32,000 bases of DNA from Mycolicibacterium smegmatis (GTDB taxonomy: Bacteria; Actinomycetota; Actinomycetes; Mycobacteriales; Mycobacteriaceae): positions 1,980,001-2,012,000 of the forward strand of contig NZ_LN831039.1 in NCBI RefSeq assembly GCF_001457595.1. Reading direction: 5' to 3'. A program made the position numbers and the translations under genes. The notes under the pieces were generated by a model. It did not search any database. It saw only the letters and a program-made list of their open reading frames with translations, and had not been told where the DNA came from. Within the stretch, counting starts at the first letter, position 1; every line of letters begins with the position of its first letter. This document shows, in pieces, positions 1 through 11,681 of the stretch.

Positions 1-2
1 CG

Positions 3-110
3 GCGACCGGCACCGGCAGCGGCGCGGTGATCGCGCCCCCGGTGCGACAGCCCGAGCCCAACGGTCGTCGACGTGGCCATTTGCGGGTGTTGCCCGACCC
101 CACCGACTGA
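3..110 (+). CDS. C-terminal fragment of upstream gene, probably DUF3499 family (partial at window edge)
   Basis: Open frame from base 3 to TGA at 108-110, ending ...RRRGHLRVLPDPTD; location upstream of manB matches mycobacterial gene order. Confidence 0.5.
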   Translation, partial: ATGTGSGAVIAPPVRQPEPNGRRRGHLRVLPDPTD

Positions 111-240
111 TCATGACGTGCCTCGTGCGGCGTCTGCGGAACTTGTGATGTCCGATGGCGTGCGAGGCCGGAGTAGTGAACGTGGAGATGTCGCCAGACG
201 GTTAGGCTGGCGCCAACGATCCCGTTTCACAAGGAGTTCT

Positions 241-1659
241 ATGTCTCGGCCAGCAGCGGCTGTTCACGGTGTCATCAAGGCCTATGACGTCCGCGGTCTG
301 GTCGGCTCCGAGTTGGACGAGTCGTTCGTCGCCGACGTGGGCGGCGCGTTTGCCCGGTTGGTCCGCGGCGAAGGCGCCCGGCAGGTCGTCATCGGCCACG
401 ACATGCGATCCAGCTCGCCGGCGCTGGCGGCGGCTTTCGCCGACGGCGTCACCACGCAGGGACTCGACGTCGTGCGGATCGGTCTCGCCTCGACCGATCA
501 GCTCTACTTCGCGTCCGGGTTGTTGGAGTGCCCGGGCGCGATGTTCACCGCGAGCCACAACCCCGCGGCCTACAACGGCATCAAGCTGTGCCGCGCGGGC
601 GCCAAACCGGTGGGCAAGGACACCGGGCTGGCCGCCATCTCCGAGGAGGTTATCGGCGGCGTACCGGCCCATGACGGCCCGCGGGGCGGCATCACCGACC
701 GCGACGTACTGGCCGACTACGGCGAGTTCCTGCGTTCCCTGGTCGATCTCAGCGGCTCACGGCCCCTGCGCATCGCCGTCGACGCAGGCAACGGCATGGC
801 CGGGCACACCACGCCCGCTGTGCTCGGGCCGATCCCCGGGGCCACGATCCTGCCGCTGTACTTCGAACTCGACGGCACGTTCCCCAACCACGAGGCCAAC
901 CCGCTCGACCCGGCCAACCTGGTGGACCTGCAGCGCTTCGTCGTGGAGTCCGGCGCCGACATCGGGCTCGCGTTCGACGGCGACGCCGACCGCTGTTTCG
1001 TCGTCGACGAACTCGGTCGCCCCGTCTCGCCGTCGGCCGTGACGGCTCTGGTCGCCGGTCGCGAACTCACCCGTGAAATCGGCGCGACGATCATCCACAA
1101 CCTCATCACCTCGCGCGCGGTGCCCGAGCTCGTGACCGAGCGGGGCGGCACCCCGGTGCGCGCGCGGGTCGGGCATTCCTACATCAAGGCGCTGATGGCC
1201 GAGACCAGCGCGATATTCGGCGGTGAGCACTCGGCCCACTACTACTTCCGCGACTTCTGGGGCGCCGACTCGGGAATGCTCGCGGCCCTGCATGTGCTCG
1301 CCGCGCTCGGCGAACAGGACCGCCCGCTTTCGGAGATCATGGCCGACTATCAGCGCTACGAGGCCTCGGGCGAGATCAACTTCACCGTCAGCGACGCATC
1401 GGCATGCGTGGACGCGGTGCTCACGTCGTACGGCACGGCCATCCACTCCATCGACCACCTCGACGGCGTCACGGTCGACCTCGGCGACGACTGCTGGTTC
1501 AACCTGCGCAGCTCGAACACCGAACCGCTGCTGCGCCTCAACGTCGAGGCGCGCACCACCGAGGAGGTCGACGCAGTGGTCGACAGAATCGCCGACGTCA
1601 TCCGCGCCACCAACGAACCCGGCAGCGTGAACGGGGCGGTGAACGAGGCGGCGACGTGA
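241..1659 (+). CDS. manB: Phosphomannomutase/phosphoglucomutase
   Basis: Start ATG 241 (MSRPAAAVHGVIKAYDVRGLVG) after AAGGAG-like RBS; TASHNPAAYNGIK phosphoserine motif and FDGDADRCF metal motif. Confidence 0.93.
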   Translation: MSRPAAAVHGVIKAYDVRGLVGSELDESFVADVGGAFARLVRGEGARQVVIGHDMRSSSPALAAAFADGVTTQGLDVVRIGLASTDQLYFASGLLECPGAMFTASHNPAAYNGIKLCRAGAKPVGKDTGLAAISEEVIGGVPAHDGPRGGITDRDVLADYGEFLRSLVDLSGSRPLRIAVDAGNGMAGHTTPAVLGPIPGATILPLYFELDGTFPNHEANPLDPANLVDLQRFVVESGADIGLAFDGDADRCFVVDELGRPVSPSAVTALVAGRELTREIGATIIHNLITSRAVPELVTERGGTPVRARVGHSYIKALMAETSAIFGGEHSAHYYFRDFWGADSGMLAALHVLAALGEQDRPLSEIMADYQRYEASGEINFTVSDASACVDAVLTSYGTAIHSIDHLDGVTVDLGDDCWFNLRSSNTEPLLRLNVEARTTEEVDAVVDRIADVIRATNEPGSVNGAVNEAAT

Positions 1660-2738
1660 ACGCACTGGGCGCCATGGTGGACCTCGACGACGGCGACGGG
1701 CTTCTCGCAGCCGACCGCGGCGGGCTGCTGAGGGCCGCGGCCATGGCGGGGGCCCAGGTGCGGGCCACCGCGGCCGCACTCGACGAAGGACTTTTCGACC
1801 CGCTGCGCGCGGATGATCCTGCGCGCACGGTCATCTGGGTCGCCGGCCGCGGCACGGCCGAGCACGCGGGTGCGGTGCTCGCAGCCACGCTCGGCCCGTC
1901 GGCGGCCGCACCCGTCGTGCTCGCCTCTGAGGCGCCGCCGTGGATCGGCGCGCTGGACGTGTTGATCGTGGCGGGCGACGATCCGGGCGATCCGGCGTTG
2001 GTGAACGCCGCGGCCATGGGTGTGCGTCGCGGCGCGCGCGTGGTGGTGGCCGCGCCGTACGAGGGCCCGCTGCGGGACGTCTCGGCGGGCCGCGCCGTGG
2101 TGATCGAACCGCGGTTGTGGGTTCCCGACGACTTCGCATTCGTCCGCTACCTGGCCGTCGGCCTGGCGGCACTGCACACGGTCAACCGTGACCGCAGCCG
2201 CGACCGGCACGCCGATTTGACCGCTCTGGCTGACGAATTGGACGCCGAGGCCCTGCGCAACAGCGCCGCGCGCGATCTGTTCACCAACGCGGCCAAGACC
2301 TTGGTGGAGCGCATGTCGGGCGCCGACGTGGTGCTGGCGGGCGACACCGCCGCGACGCTGGCGCTGGCGCGTCACGGCGCCACGATGATGCTGCGCATCG
2401 CCGGGGAGGTCGTGTCGGCGGTCGGACTTGCCGATGTTCTGGCCGCGCTGCGCAGCGGTGCGCGCGGTGACGCCGGTACGCGGTCGCTGTTCCACGACGA
2501 GGAGATCGACGGGCCGCTGCCCGACCGCATGCGGACGTTGGTGCTGACCACCGATGTCGAGCGGGCGGCCGTGGCCGCGCGTATCGCCGGTTACGACGAC
2601 ATCTCGGCGATCGGCGCCGACGACGTACCGGATTCCACCGAAACCACCCTGCCGGCGGGACGTCCGGAACAACAAGTGGCGATACTGGCTGTGCGACTGG
2701 AGATGGCCGCCGTCTATTCGAAATTGGTTCGAGGTTAA
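1656..2738 (+). CDS. tobH: TobH-like protein (SIS/phosphosugar isomerase-like)
   Basis: GTG start overlapping manB stop (GTGA at 1656-1659); lies between manB and manA, the position of TobH in mycobacteria. Confidence 0.75.
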   Translation: MNALGAMVDLDDGDGLLAADRGGLLRAAAMAGAQVRATAAALDEGLFDPLRADDPARTVIWVAGRGTAEHAGAVLAATLGPSAAAPVVLASEAPPWIGALDVLIVAGDDPGDPALVNAAAMGVRRGARVVVAAPYEGPLRDVSAGRAVVIEPRLWVPDDFAFVRYLAVGLAALHTVNRDRSRDRHADLTALADELDAEALRNSAARDLFTNAAKTLVERMSGADVVLAGDTAATLALARHGATMMLRIAGEVVSAVGLADVLAALRSGARGDAGTRSLFHDEEIDGPLPDRMRTLVLTTDVERAAVAARIAGYDDISAIGADDVPDSTETTLPAGRPEQQVAILAVRLEMAAVYSKLVRG

Positions 2739-2742
2739 ACGA

Positions 2743-3969
2743 GTGCATCTGCTACGGGGAGCGGTGCGGACCTATGCCTGGGGTTCGCGTACCGCCATTG
2801 CCGACTTCACGGGCAGGCCAAGTCCGACAGTGCATCCCGAGGCCGAGTTGTGGTTCGGCGCGCATCCCGCCGACCCGGCGTGGTTGCAGACCGACGACGG
2901 TGAACGGTCGCTGCTGCAGGCCCTGGCCGACGATCCCGAGGGGCAGTTGGGCAGTACCGCGGTCGCCCGTTTCGGCGATGCGCTCCCGTTCCTCGTCAAG
3001 GTGCTCGCCGCGGACGAACCGCTGTCGCTGCAGGCGCACCCCAGTGCCGCGCAGGCGCAGGAGGGTTTCGAGCGCGAGGATCGCCTCCAGATCCCCATCT
3101 CGTCGCCCGTCCGCAACTACCGGGACCGCAGTCACAAGCCTGAATTGCTTGTGGCACTTGAGGAATTCCACGCGCTGGCCGGGTTCCGGCCGGTCGCGCG
3201 CACCGTCGAGTTGATGAGGACGCTGGCCGTCACCGACCTCGACCCGTACATCAACCTGCTGTCCGATCAGTCCGATGCCGACGGTCTGCGCGCGCTGTTC
3301 ACCACCTGGATCACCGCGCCGCAACCCGACCTCGATGTGCTGGTGCCCGCGGTGCTCGACGGCGCGATCAACTACATCCGTTCGGGGGAGAAGGCTTTCG
3401 CCGCCGAGGCCAAGACGGTGCTGGAACTCGGCGAGCGGTACCCGGGCGATGCCGGTGTGCTAGCCTCGTTGCTGCTCAACCGGATCGTCCTGCAACCGGG
3501 GGAGGGGCTGTACCTGCCCGCCGGGAACCTGCACGCCTATCTGCACGGGGTGGGCGTCGAGGTCATGGCGAACTCCGACAACGTGCTGCGCGGCGGGTTG
3601 ACCCCCAAACACGTCGACGTCCCCGAACTGCTGCGGGTGCTGGATTTCACACCGACGCCGGAGGACCGTCTGCGGCCCGTGATCGTCCACGACGCAAAGG
3701 AACTCGTGTACCAGACGCCCGCCCCGGAGTTCGCGGTGTCGGTGCTGCGTCTCGACGGCGAGCAGCTCGGACACGAGATCGACGCACAGTCACGTCACGA
3801 CGGACCCCAGTTGCTGTTGTGCACGGAGGGTTCGCTGAAGGTGCACGCCAAGGCCGGGCAACTCGAGCTGAGCCGGGGCGAGGCCGCGTGGGTGGCCGCC
3901 GACGACGGTCCGATCCGGTTGACTGCCGAACTGCCCGCCGCGATGTTCCGGGTGACCGTCGGGATCTGA
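2743..3969 (+). CDS. manA: Mannose-6-phosphate isomerase, class I
   Basis: GTG 2743; VHLLRGAVRTYAWGSRTAIA, ELWFGAHPADPAW, QAHPSAAQAQEG and NVLRGGLTPKHVDVPELL motifs. Confidence 0.93.
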   Translation: MHLLRGAVRTYAWGSRTAIADFTGRPSPTVHPEAELWFGAHPADPAWLQTDDGERSLLQALADDPEGQLGSTAVARFGDALPFLVKVLAADEPLSLQAHPSAAQAQEGFEREDRLQIPISSPVRNYRDRSHKPELLVALEEFHALAGFRPVARTVELMRTLAVTDLDPYINLLSDQSDADGLRALFTTWITAPQPDLDVLVPAVLDGAINYIRSGEKAFAAEAKTVLELGERYPGDAGVLASLLLNRIVLQPGEGLYLPAGNLHAYLHGVGVEVMANSDNVLRGGLTPKHVDVPELLRVLDFTPTPEDRLRPVIVHDAKELVYQTPAPEFAVSVLRLDGEQLGHEIDAQSRHDGPQLLLCTEGSLKVHAKAGQLELSRGEAAWVAADDGPIRLTAELPAAMFRVTVGI

Positions 3970-4001
3970 CGGCGCTGCACCGCCACCGCACGGCCACCGC
4001 G

Positions 4002-5387
4002 TCACCCGGTGGCGGCCAGGCTCTTGTCGCGGTCCGCGCGGTTGGTCTTCTCGGCCAGCCACATCGAGGCGTTGTGCCGGATCGCACGCCCGATCACCCG
4101 CGGCGACGGGGCGAGGTAGAGGCTGTCGAGCAGGCTGGTGCGTCGCAGGAACCATTCCGCCAGAACGGGATCCGTCTCGGCAGCGCCGAGGAACTGGTCG
4201 AACAGGCTGTACATCGGCCGGTACCACCACGGTTTGGGACCCTCCGCGCCGTGCGCGACATGGTCGGCGACGGCGTTCATCATCCACACCGGGAACGTCG
4301 TGCGCGCGGTGCGGTACGCCAGGCGCGAGACCAGGTCCTGTTTGCCGACCGACAACACGGTGCGCAGGTTGGCGGCCTGCAGGGCGGTCATCGTCACGCC
4401 CTGGCCGTAGGTGGGGTTGAGGCTCGCGACCGCGTCGCCGAACGGCATGATGCCCGCGGGCCACCGGCGCATCTTGTCGTAGCGGCGCCACTTGGCCACC
4501 GGGTACCGGTGAAAATTCATCCCGCCCACGGGTTCTCCGGCCCGCAGGGCTGCGCTGATGTGCGGTGGGACCATGGTGTCGGCCTGCGCGAGGATGCCGT
4601 CGAGGTCCTTCGGCGGTTCGGCCTTGGCGACCCCGAACGCCGTGACGGTCCAGATGCCGTCCTCGTGGAACAGCATGCCCATGCCCAGGCCGTCGTCGTG
4701 AGAGGCGCTGACCAGCACCATCTTCTCGGCCATCAGCCCCTCGGGGATACGCACGCGGTGCGATGCGTAGGTCACCCCGATCTTGACCGAATCCTCCCTG
4801 GGGCGCTCGAATCCCCATTCCTCCAACCACACCGGAAGCCGGCTGCCACGTCCGGAGGCGTCGACCACCAGGTCGCCCTCGACGGTCTCACCGTTGTCGA
4901 GCACCACGCCGGTGACCCGCTGGGCGGCCGCGTCGAACTCGGGATGCGCGACCCCGCCGCGCAGCACCGACACCGTGGGCAACGCGAGCACACGCTCGCG
5001 GATCTGCCACTCGAGCCTGCCGCGCGTGGGGACGTATGCGGTGAAATTGGATTCGAGGGTCTGACCGGTGCCGAGGAGGTGACCGCCCGCGGTGAAGTGG
5101 ATGGACTCCGGCTGGTTCTGCACCACGGGCACCCCGGCGCGGGCCATGTCGTCGAGCATGCCGGGGAAGATGGCCTCAAGTTCCTGTGCGCCTCTGGCCA
5201 TGAGCAGATGCACGTGCTGTCCCTGCGGTACCGCACTGCGGTTCACCGGTTCGGTGGGCAGCTCATCGCGCTCGTAGACCGTCACACGGTCGAAGTGGTC
5301 GGACAGCACCCGGGCCGCGCACAGACCCGCGACACTGCCGCCGATCACGATCGCATGGGTGGAGGAATGTTCCAGAGTCGTACTCAT
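4002..5387 (-). CDS. FAD-dependent monooxygenase/oxidoreductase
   Basis: N-terminal dinucleotide-binding motif VIGGSVAGLCAARVL, DASGRGSRLP; upstream start in the ORF track is unnecessary. Confidence 0.85.
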   Translation of the reverse strand: MSTTLEHSSTHAIVIGGSVAGLCAARVLSDHFDRVTVYERDELPTEPVNRSAVPQGQHVHLLMARGAQELEAIFPGMLDDMARAGVPVVQNQPESIHFTAGGHLLGTGQTLESNFTAYVPTRGRLEWQIRERVLALPTVSVLRGGVAHPEFDAAAQRVTGVVLDNGETVEGDLVVDASGRGSRLPVWLEEWGFERPREDSVKIGVTYASHRVRIPEGLMAEKMVLVSASHDDGLGMGMLFHEDGIWTVTAFGVAKAEPPKDLDGILAQADTMVPPHISAALRAGEPVGGMNFHRYPVAKWRRYDKMRRWPAGIMPFGDAVASLNPTYGQGVTMTALQAANLRTVLSVGKQDLVSRLAYRTARTTFPVWMMNAVADHVAHGAEGPKPWWYRPMYSLFDQFLGAAETDPVLAEWFLRRTSLLDSLYLAPSPRVIGRAIRHNASMWLAEKTNRADRDKSLAATG

Positions 5388-5449
5388 CGACTGCCACGGT
5401 AATGGGAACATGACCTCAGCCGGGTCGAAAACGAGAGGCAACGAGGACT

Positions 5450-6934
5450 ATGACTACACGATGGCGTACCAAATCCGTTGAGCAGTCGATAGCTGACACC
5501 GATGAGCCGAGCACCCGGTTGCGCAAGGATCTCACGTGGTGGGATCTCACCGTCTTCGGCGTCTCGGTGGTGATCGGCGCGGGCATCTTCACCATCACCG
5601 CTTCTACCGCAGGCAATCTCACCGGCCCGGCGATCTCGATCTCGTTTCTGATCGCGGCCGTGGCATGCGGGCTCGCAGCGTTGTGCTACGCCGAGTTCGC
5701 CTCGACCGTGCCGGTTGCCGGGAGCGCCTACACGTTCTCCTACGCAACTTTCGGCGAATTCGTCGCGTGGATCATCGGCTGGGACCTGATCCTGGAGTTC
5801 GCGGTCGCCGCCGCGGTGGTGGCCAAGGGGTGGTCGAGTTATCTGGGCACGGTGTTCAACTTCGGCGGCGGCACCATGCAGATCGGCGGTGGGCTGACGC
5901 TGGACTGGGGTGCACTGCTGATCATCGCGGTGGTCACGTTCCTGCTGGCGCGCGGCACCAAGATCTCGGCGATGGTCAGCCTGGTCATCACGGTCATCAA
6001 GGTGTCGGTGGTACTGCTGGTGGTGTTCGTCGGCGCGTTCTACATCAACACGGCCAACTACACGCCGTTCATCCCGCCCGCCGAATCGGGCGACGGCAGC
6101 GGCGGCGGCACCGGGGCCGAGCAATCGCTGTTCTCGTTGCTCACCGGCGCCGAGGGCAGCCACTACGGCTGGTACGGATTGCTGGCCGGTGCGTCGATCG
6201 TGTTCTTCGCGTTCATCGGTTTCGACATCGTGGCCACCACGGCCGAGGAGACGCGCAACCCGCAACGCGACGTGCCGCGCGGCATCCTGGGCTCGCTGGC
6301 CATCGTGACCGTGCTCTACGTCGCGGTCTCGGTGGTGTTGTCCGGCATGGTGTCCTACCGCGATCTCAAGACCGTCGACGGCGAATCGGCCAACCTGGCG
6401 ACGGCATTCGCGCAGAACGGCGTGGACTGGGCCGCCAAGGTCATCTCGATCGGCGCGCTCGCGGGGCTCACCACCGTGGTGATCGTGTTGATGCTCGGGC
6501 AGACCCGCGTCCTGTTCGCGATGTCGCGCGACGGACTCATGCCGCGCCAACTGGCCAAGACCGGTCCGCACGGTACCCCGGTGCGGACCACTCTGATCGT
6601 GGGTGGCGCCGTAGCGGTGGCCGCGTCGGTGTTCCCGATCGGCAAGCTCGAGGAGATGGTGAACATCGGCACGCTGTTCGCCTTCGTGCTGGTCTCGGCC
6701 GGCGTCCTCGTCTTGCGTCGGACTCGTCCGGACCTGCCGCGCGGGTTCCGGACGCCGTTGGTGCCGGTGCTGCCGGTCGCGGCGATCCTGGCGTGCGTGT
6801 GGCTCATGCTCAACCTCACGGGCCTCACCTGGATCCGGTTCCTGATCTGGATGGCGATCGGCGTCGTCATCTACTTCCTGTACGGGCGCAGGCGCTCGGT
6901 CCTGGCCACCCGCGACACCACACCCACCGCCTGA
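5450..6934 (+). CDS. APC-superfamily amino acid permease
   Basis: VVIGAGIFTITAS motif, about 12 hydrophobic segments, LRRTRPDLPRGFRTPLVPVLPV C-terminal APC motif. Confidence 0.92.
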   Translation: MTTRWRTKSVEQSIADTDEPSTRLRKDLTWWDLTVFGVSVVIGAGIFTITASTAGNLTGPAISISFLIAAVACGLAALCYAEFASTVPVAGSAYTFSYATFGEFVAWIIGWDLILEFAVAAAVVAKGWSSYLGTVFNFGGGTMQIGGGLTLDWGALLIIAVVTFLLARGTKISAMVSLVITVIKVSVVLLVVFVGAFYINTANYTPFIPPAESGDGSGGGTGAEQSLFSLLTGAEGSHYGWYGLLAGASIVFFAFIGFDIVATTAEETRNPQRDVPRGILGSLAIVTVLYVAVSVVLSGMVSYRDLKTVDGESANLATAFAQNGVDWAAKVISIGALAGLTTVVIVLMLGQTRVLFAMSRDGLMPRQLAKTGPHGTPVRTTLIVGGAVAVAASVFPIGKLEEMVNIGTLFAFVLVSAGVLVLRRTRPDLPRGFRTPLVPVLPVAAILACVWLMLNLTGLTWIRFLIWMAIGVVIYFLYGRRRSVLATRDTTPTA

Positions 6935-7090
6935 TCTTTCGCGAACCCCCTTTTTCGACGTCACGCCCCTTCGGTGATCGCGCATACCTGCATCGCGTTT
7001 ACAAACAAGGTGCAAATGTCTAGACACGCGACAAACTCGCGCATATAGTCAAGTCATTGCGGTGATAGCACTCACAGAAGGAGGCATGTC

Positions 7091-8323
7091 GTGGTGGCAG
7101 AAGTGGACCCGTCCGCCGTGGCCGACGTCGGAGAATGGCGCGACAAGAAGCGCTACCTGTGGCTGATGGGGCTGATCGCCCCGACCGCGCTGTTCGTGAT
7201 GCTGCCGGTCGTGTGGGCGCTCAACAACGCCGGCTGGCACGCCGCGGCGCAGGTCCCGTTCTGGATCGGCCCGATCCTGCTGTACGTGCTGCTGCCGTTG
7301 CTCGACCTCAAGTTCGGCCCGGACGGACAGAACCCGCCGGACGAGGTCATGGAGCGGTTGGAGAACGACAGGTACTACCGGTACTGCACCTACGCCTACA
7401 TCCCGTTCCAGTACGCCAGCGTGATCGTCGGGGCGTACCTGTTCACCGCGAGCGACCTGGGCTGGCTGGGCTTCGACGGCGGTCTGGGCTGGCCCGCCAA
7501 GATCGGCCTGGCGCTGTCGGTCGGCGTGCTCGGCGGGGTCGGCATCAACACCGCCCACGAACTCGGACACAAGAAGGACTCGCTCGAACGCTGGCTGTCC
7601 AAGATCACCTTGGCGCAGACCTGGTACGGGCACTTCTACATCGAGCACAACCGCGGCCACCACGTGCGTGTCGCCACGCCTGAGGATCCCGCATCCGCGC
7701 GCTTCGGCGAGACGTTCTGGGAGTTCCTGCCGCGCAGCGTGTGGGGGAGCCTGCGGTCGTCGTGGGAACTGGAGGCCAAGCGCCTGGAACGGGCGGGCAA
7801 GAGCAAGTGGCACTGGTCCAACGACGTCCTCAACGCGTGGGCGATGTCGGTGGTGTTCTACGGCGTGCTGATCGCGGTGTTCGGGTGGGGGCTGATCCCG
7901 TACATCGTCATCTCCGCGGTGTTCGGCTTCACGCTGCTGGAGACCGTGAACTACCTGGAGCACTACGGCCTGCTGCGGCAGAAGACGCCCAGTGGGCGCT
8001 ACGAGCGGTGCTCGCCCCAGCACAGCTGGAACTCCGACCACATCGTCACCAACCTGTTCCTGTACCACCTGCAGCGGCACAGTGACCACCACGCCAACCC
8101 GACGCGTCGCTACCAGACGCTGCGCAGCATGGACGGCGCCCCGAACCTGCCCAGCGGTTACGCGTCGATGATCGCGCTGACGTACTTCCCGCCGCTGTGG
8201 CGCAAGGTCATGGACCACCGGGTGCTCGACCACTACGACGGTGACATCACCCGCGTCAACATCCACCCGCGCGTGCGCGAGAACGTGCTGGCCCGGTACG
8301 GCAGCCCCGAGGTTCGCGCATGA
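7091..8323 (+). CDS. alkB: Alkane 1-monooxygenase (membrane di-iron hydroxylase)
   Basis: GTG start after GGAGG; histidine boxes [26 protein letters not shown]. Confidence 0.94.
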   Translation: MVAEVDPSAVADVGEWRDKKRYLWLMGLIAPTALFVMLPVVWALNNAGWHAAAQVPFWIGPILLYVLLPLLDLKFGPDGQNPPDEVMERLENDRYYRYCTYAYIPFQYASVIVGAYLFTASDLGWLGFDGGLGWPAKIGLALSVGVLGGVGINTAHELGHKKDSLERWLSKITLAQTWYGHFYIEHNRGHHVRVATPEDPASARFGETFWEFLPRSVWGSLRSSWELEAKRLERAGKSKWHWSNDVLNAWAMSVVFYGVLIAVFGWGLIPYIVISAVFGFTLLETVNYLEHYGLLRQKTPSGRYERCSPQHSWNSDHIVTNLFLYHLQRHSDHHANPTRRYQTLRSMDGAPNLPSGYASMIALTYFPPLWRKVMDHRVLDHYDGDITRVNIHPRVRENVLARYGSPEVRA

Positions 8324-8493
8324 GCAGCTACCGCTGCCCCGTTTGCGACTACATCTACGACGAGGCGAAAGGTGCTGCGCGGGAAGGTTTTCCGCCCGGC
8401 ACGGCGTGGGACGACGTTCCCGACGACTGGTGCTGCCCCGACTGCGGGGTCCGCGAGAAGATCGACTTCGAAGAAATGGGAGTGAAGCAGTGA
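8320..8493 (+). CDS. rubA: Rubredoxin
   Basis: ATG overlaps alkB stop (ATGA); [18 protein letters not shown]...[20 protein letters not shown] has two CxxC pairs. Confidence 0.93.
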   Translation: MSSYRCPVCDYIYDEAKGAAREGFPPGTAWDDVPDDWCCPDCGVREKIDFEEMGVKQ

Positions 8494-8672
8494 GCGACTA
8501 CCGGTTGTTCGTGTGCGTGCAGTGCGGTTTCGAGTACGACGAGGCCAAGGGCTGGCCCGAGGACGGCATCGCGCCGGGAACCCGCTGGGAGGACATTCCG
8601 GAGGACTGGAGTTGCCCGGACTGCGGTGCGGCGAAGTCGGACTTCGACATGGTCGAGGTGTCCCGGCCGTGA
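8490..8672 (+). CDS. rubB: Rubredoxin
   Basis: GTG overlaps rubA stop (GTGA); [57 protein letters not shown]. Confidence 0.93.
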   Translation: MSDYRLFVCVQCGFEYDEAKGWPEDGIAPGTRWEDIPEDWSCPDCGAAKSDFDMVEVSRP

Positions 8673-8719
8673 CGGTGCTGTGATCCACGCCGTGACGGTG
8701 CTGTGATCCACGCCGTGAC
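8666..8719. repeat. 23-bp tandem duplication, about 2.3 copies
   Basis: GCCGTGACGGTGCTGTGATCCAC at 8666-8688 and 8689-8711, followed by partial GCCGTGAC at 8712-8719. Confidence 0.95.
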
Positions 8720-8804
8720 CCATGCGGTGGCCGGGGCGCAGTTCGGCGCCCCGGCGCGCGTGGTGCGAGGGCCCCTGACCGCGGAAAGCGATATTGTCGC
8801 GCGT

Positions 8805-9428
8805 GTGAGTCGTCCCCGCGCCAAGCAGCGCATGCCGTACGCAGAGGCGTCGCGCGTGCTGCTGCGCGATTCGATCCTGGACGGCATGCGCGATCTGCTG
8901 CTCACCCGGGACTGGTCGGCGATCACGCTGTCGCACGTGGCGCAGGCCGCGGGGGTCAGCAGGCAGACGATCTACAACGAGTTCGGCTCGCGGCAGGGCC
9001 TGGCCGAGGGCTACGCCATGCGTCTGGCCGACCGCCTGGTCGACGCGGTCGACGACGCGATCAACAACAACGTCGGCGACGTGTACGCGGCCTTCCTGGA
9101 AGGCTTTCGTGCGTTCTTCGCCGAGTCGGCGGCCGACCCGCTGGTGATCTCACTGCTCACCGGCGCGGCGAAGCCCGACCTGCTGCAGATCATCACCATC
9201 GGCAGCGGACCGATCATCACGCGGTGTTCGGAACGGCTGACCGCGACGTTCCAGAGCAGCTGGATCAAGGCCAGCGACGACGACGCGGGTGTGCTGGCCC
9301 GCGCGATCGTGCGCCTGGCGATGAGCTACGTCTCCATGCCGCCCGAAGCAGACCACGACGTGGCCGGTGACCTGGCCCGACTTATGTCTCCGTTCGCCGA
9401 ACGATACGGTGTTATCGACACCCCATAG
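8805..9428 (+). CDS. TetR-family transcriptional regulator, adjacent to the alkB operon
   Basis: HTH region [31 protein letters not shown]; probable GTG start at 8805 ([12 protein letters not shown]). Confidence 0.87.
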
Positions 9429-9500
9429 CTGTCAGAGCGCCACACGCCGTCCGAATGCCGTAGCGCCTGTCCCGCGAGCCCGCAGGCTTTGGGTTGTCGG

Positions 9501-9540
9501 CATGAGTGTGCACGCGGCCCCCCCGCGGCACACATTCATG
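9501..9540 (+). promoter_or_regulatory. Imperfect hairpin in the ahcY upstream region
   Basis: CATGAGTGTG...CACATTCATG outer stem (10 bp incl. one G.U) with inner CGCGG/CCGCG stem and C-rich loop, ending 40 nt before ahcY ATG. Confidence 0.5.
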
Positions 9541-9579
9541 CGTTCACAGGCAATGACGAACGAAAAAAGGGGCTCTTAC

Positions 9580-11037
<1,458 letters not shown>

Positions 11038-11058
11038 TCTCCCGGTAGCCCGGACACG

Positions 11059-11096
11059 CGAAAGTCCCCGGAACCCTTGGGTTCCGGGGACTTTCG
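11059..11096. terminator. Bidirectional intrinsic-type terminator hairpin between convergent genes
   Basis: Perfect inverted repeat CGAAAGTCCCCGGAACCC-TT-GGGTTCCGGGGACTTTCG between ahcY(+) stop and DUF421 gene(-) stop. Confidence 0.9.
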
Positions 11097-11099
11097 TGA

Positions 11100-11624
11100 T
11101 CAGTGCCCGGTGTCGTCGTCGCCCCGGGTGGGGCTGTCGACGAGCACGCTGATCATGCCGTTGGGTTCCAGGTACGCGCGCCGTACCCGGTTCATGTCCT
11201 CGATGCCGTGCAACCTCAGGTGCGAGTAGATCTCGTCGCGGCTCATGAACTCACGCCGCATGACGTGGGTGTTGAGTTCTCCGTCGGCGATCAACAGCTT
11301 CGGCCGCGCCTTCGCGAGGCGGGCGAATCCCGGGAACCGGTAGGCAATGCCGTCGACCGCGACACTCCAGAACAGCACCGTCACGACCACCACGATGCCG
11401 TCGGTCAACGTCGCGTGCGCGGGGGAGAGCGCGGGTCCGGCGGCCTGCGCGACCAGCACGATGATCAGGACGTCGGTCAACCCGAGACCTCCGGACTCGC
11501 GTTGACCCACCGCACGGATCAGCACGAGAAGCACGAGAAACGTGACAGTACCGCGGACAACGCTTTCGGCCGGCGGCGCCGCCGGTACGAAGATCGACTC
11601 CCAATCGGGCATCATGCGCTCCAT
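11100..11624 (-). CDS. YetF/DUF421-family membrane protein
   Basis: FLVLLVLIRAVGQRESGGLGLTDVLIIVLVAQAAGPAL...; GELNTHVMRREFMSRDEIYSHLRLHGIEDMNRVRRAYLEPNGMISVL typical YetF C-terminal domain. Confidence 0.8.
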   Translation of the reverse strand: MERMMPDWESIFVPAAPPAESVVRGTVTFLVLLVLIRAVGQRESGGLGLTDVLIIVLVAQAAGPALSPAHATLTDGIVVVVTVLFWSVAVDGIAYRFPGFARLAKARPKLLIADGELNTHVMRREFMSRDEIYSHLRLHGIEDMNRVRRAYLEPNGMISVLVDSPTRGDDDTGH

Positions 11625-11681
11625 CCCACCGGTTCGGTTTGTCGGAGAACTACCCGGAGCGTGAGCGGCCAAACGGCGGCG

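Noticed and set aside
5384-7027. 547-aa minus-strand ORF and 495-aa +ORF 5536..7023
   Set aside because: Arg/His-rich low-complexity shadow frames opposite or out of phase with the clear amino-acid permease at 5450-6934.
7049-8266. 405-aa minus-strand ORF
   Set aside because: Antisense shadow of alkB; no domain-like motifs, composition typical of GC-rich shadow frames.
9429-9579. SAH or SAM riboswitch upstream of ahcY
   Set aside because: No recognisable conserved core; only an imperfect hairpin is visible, so it is reported as a generic hairpin.
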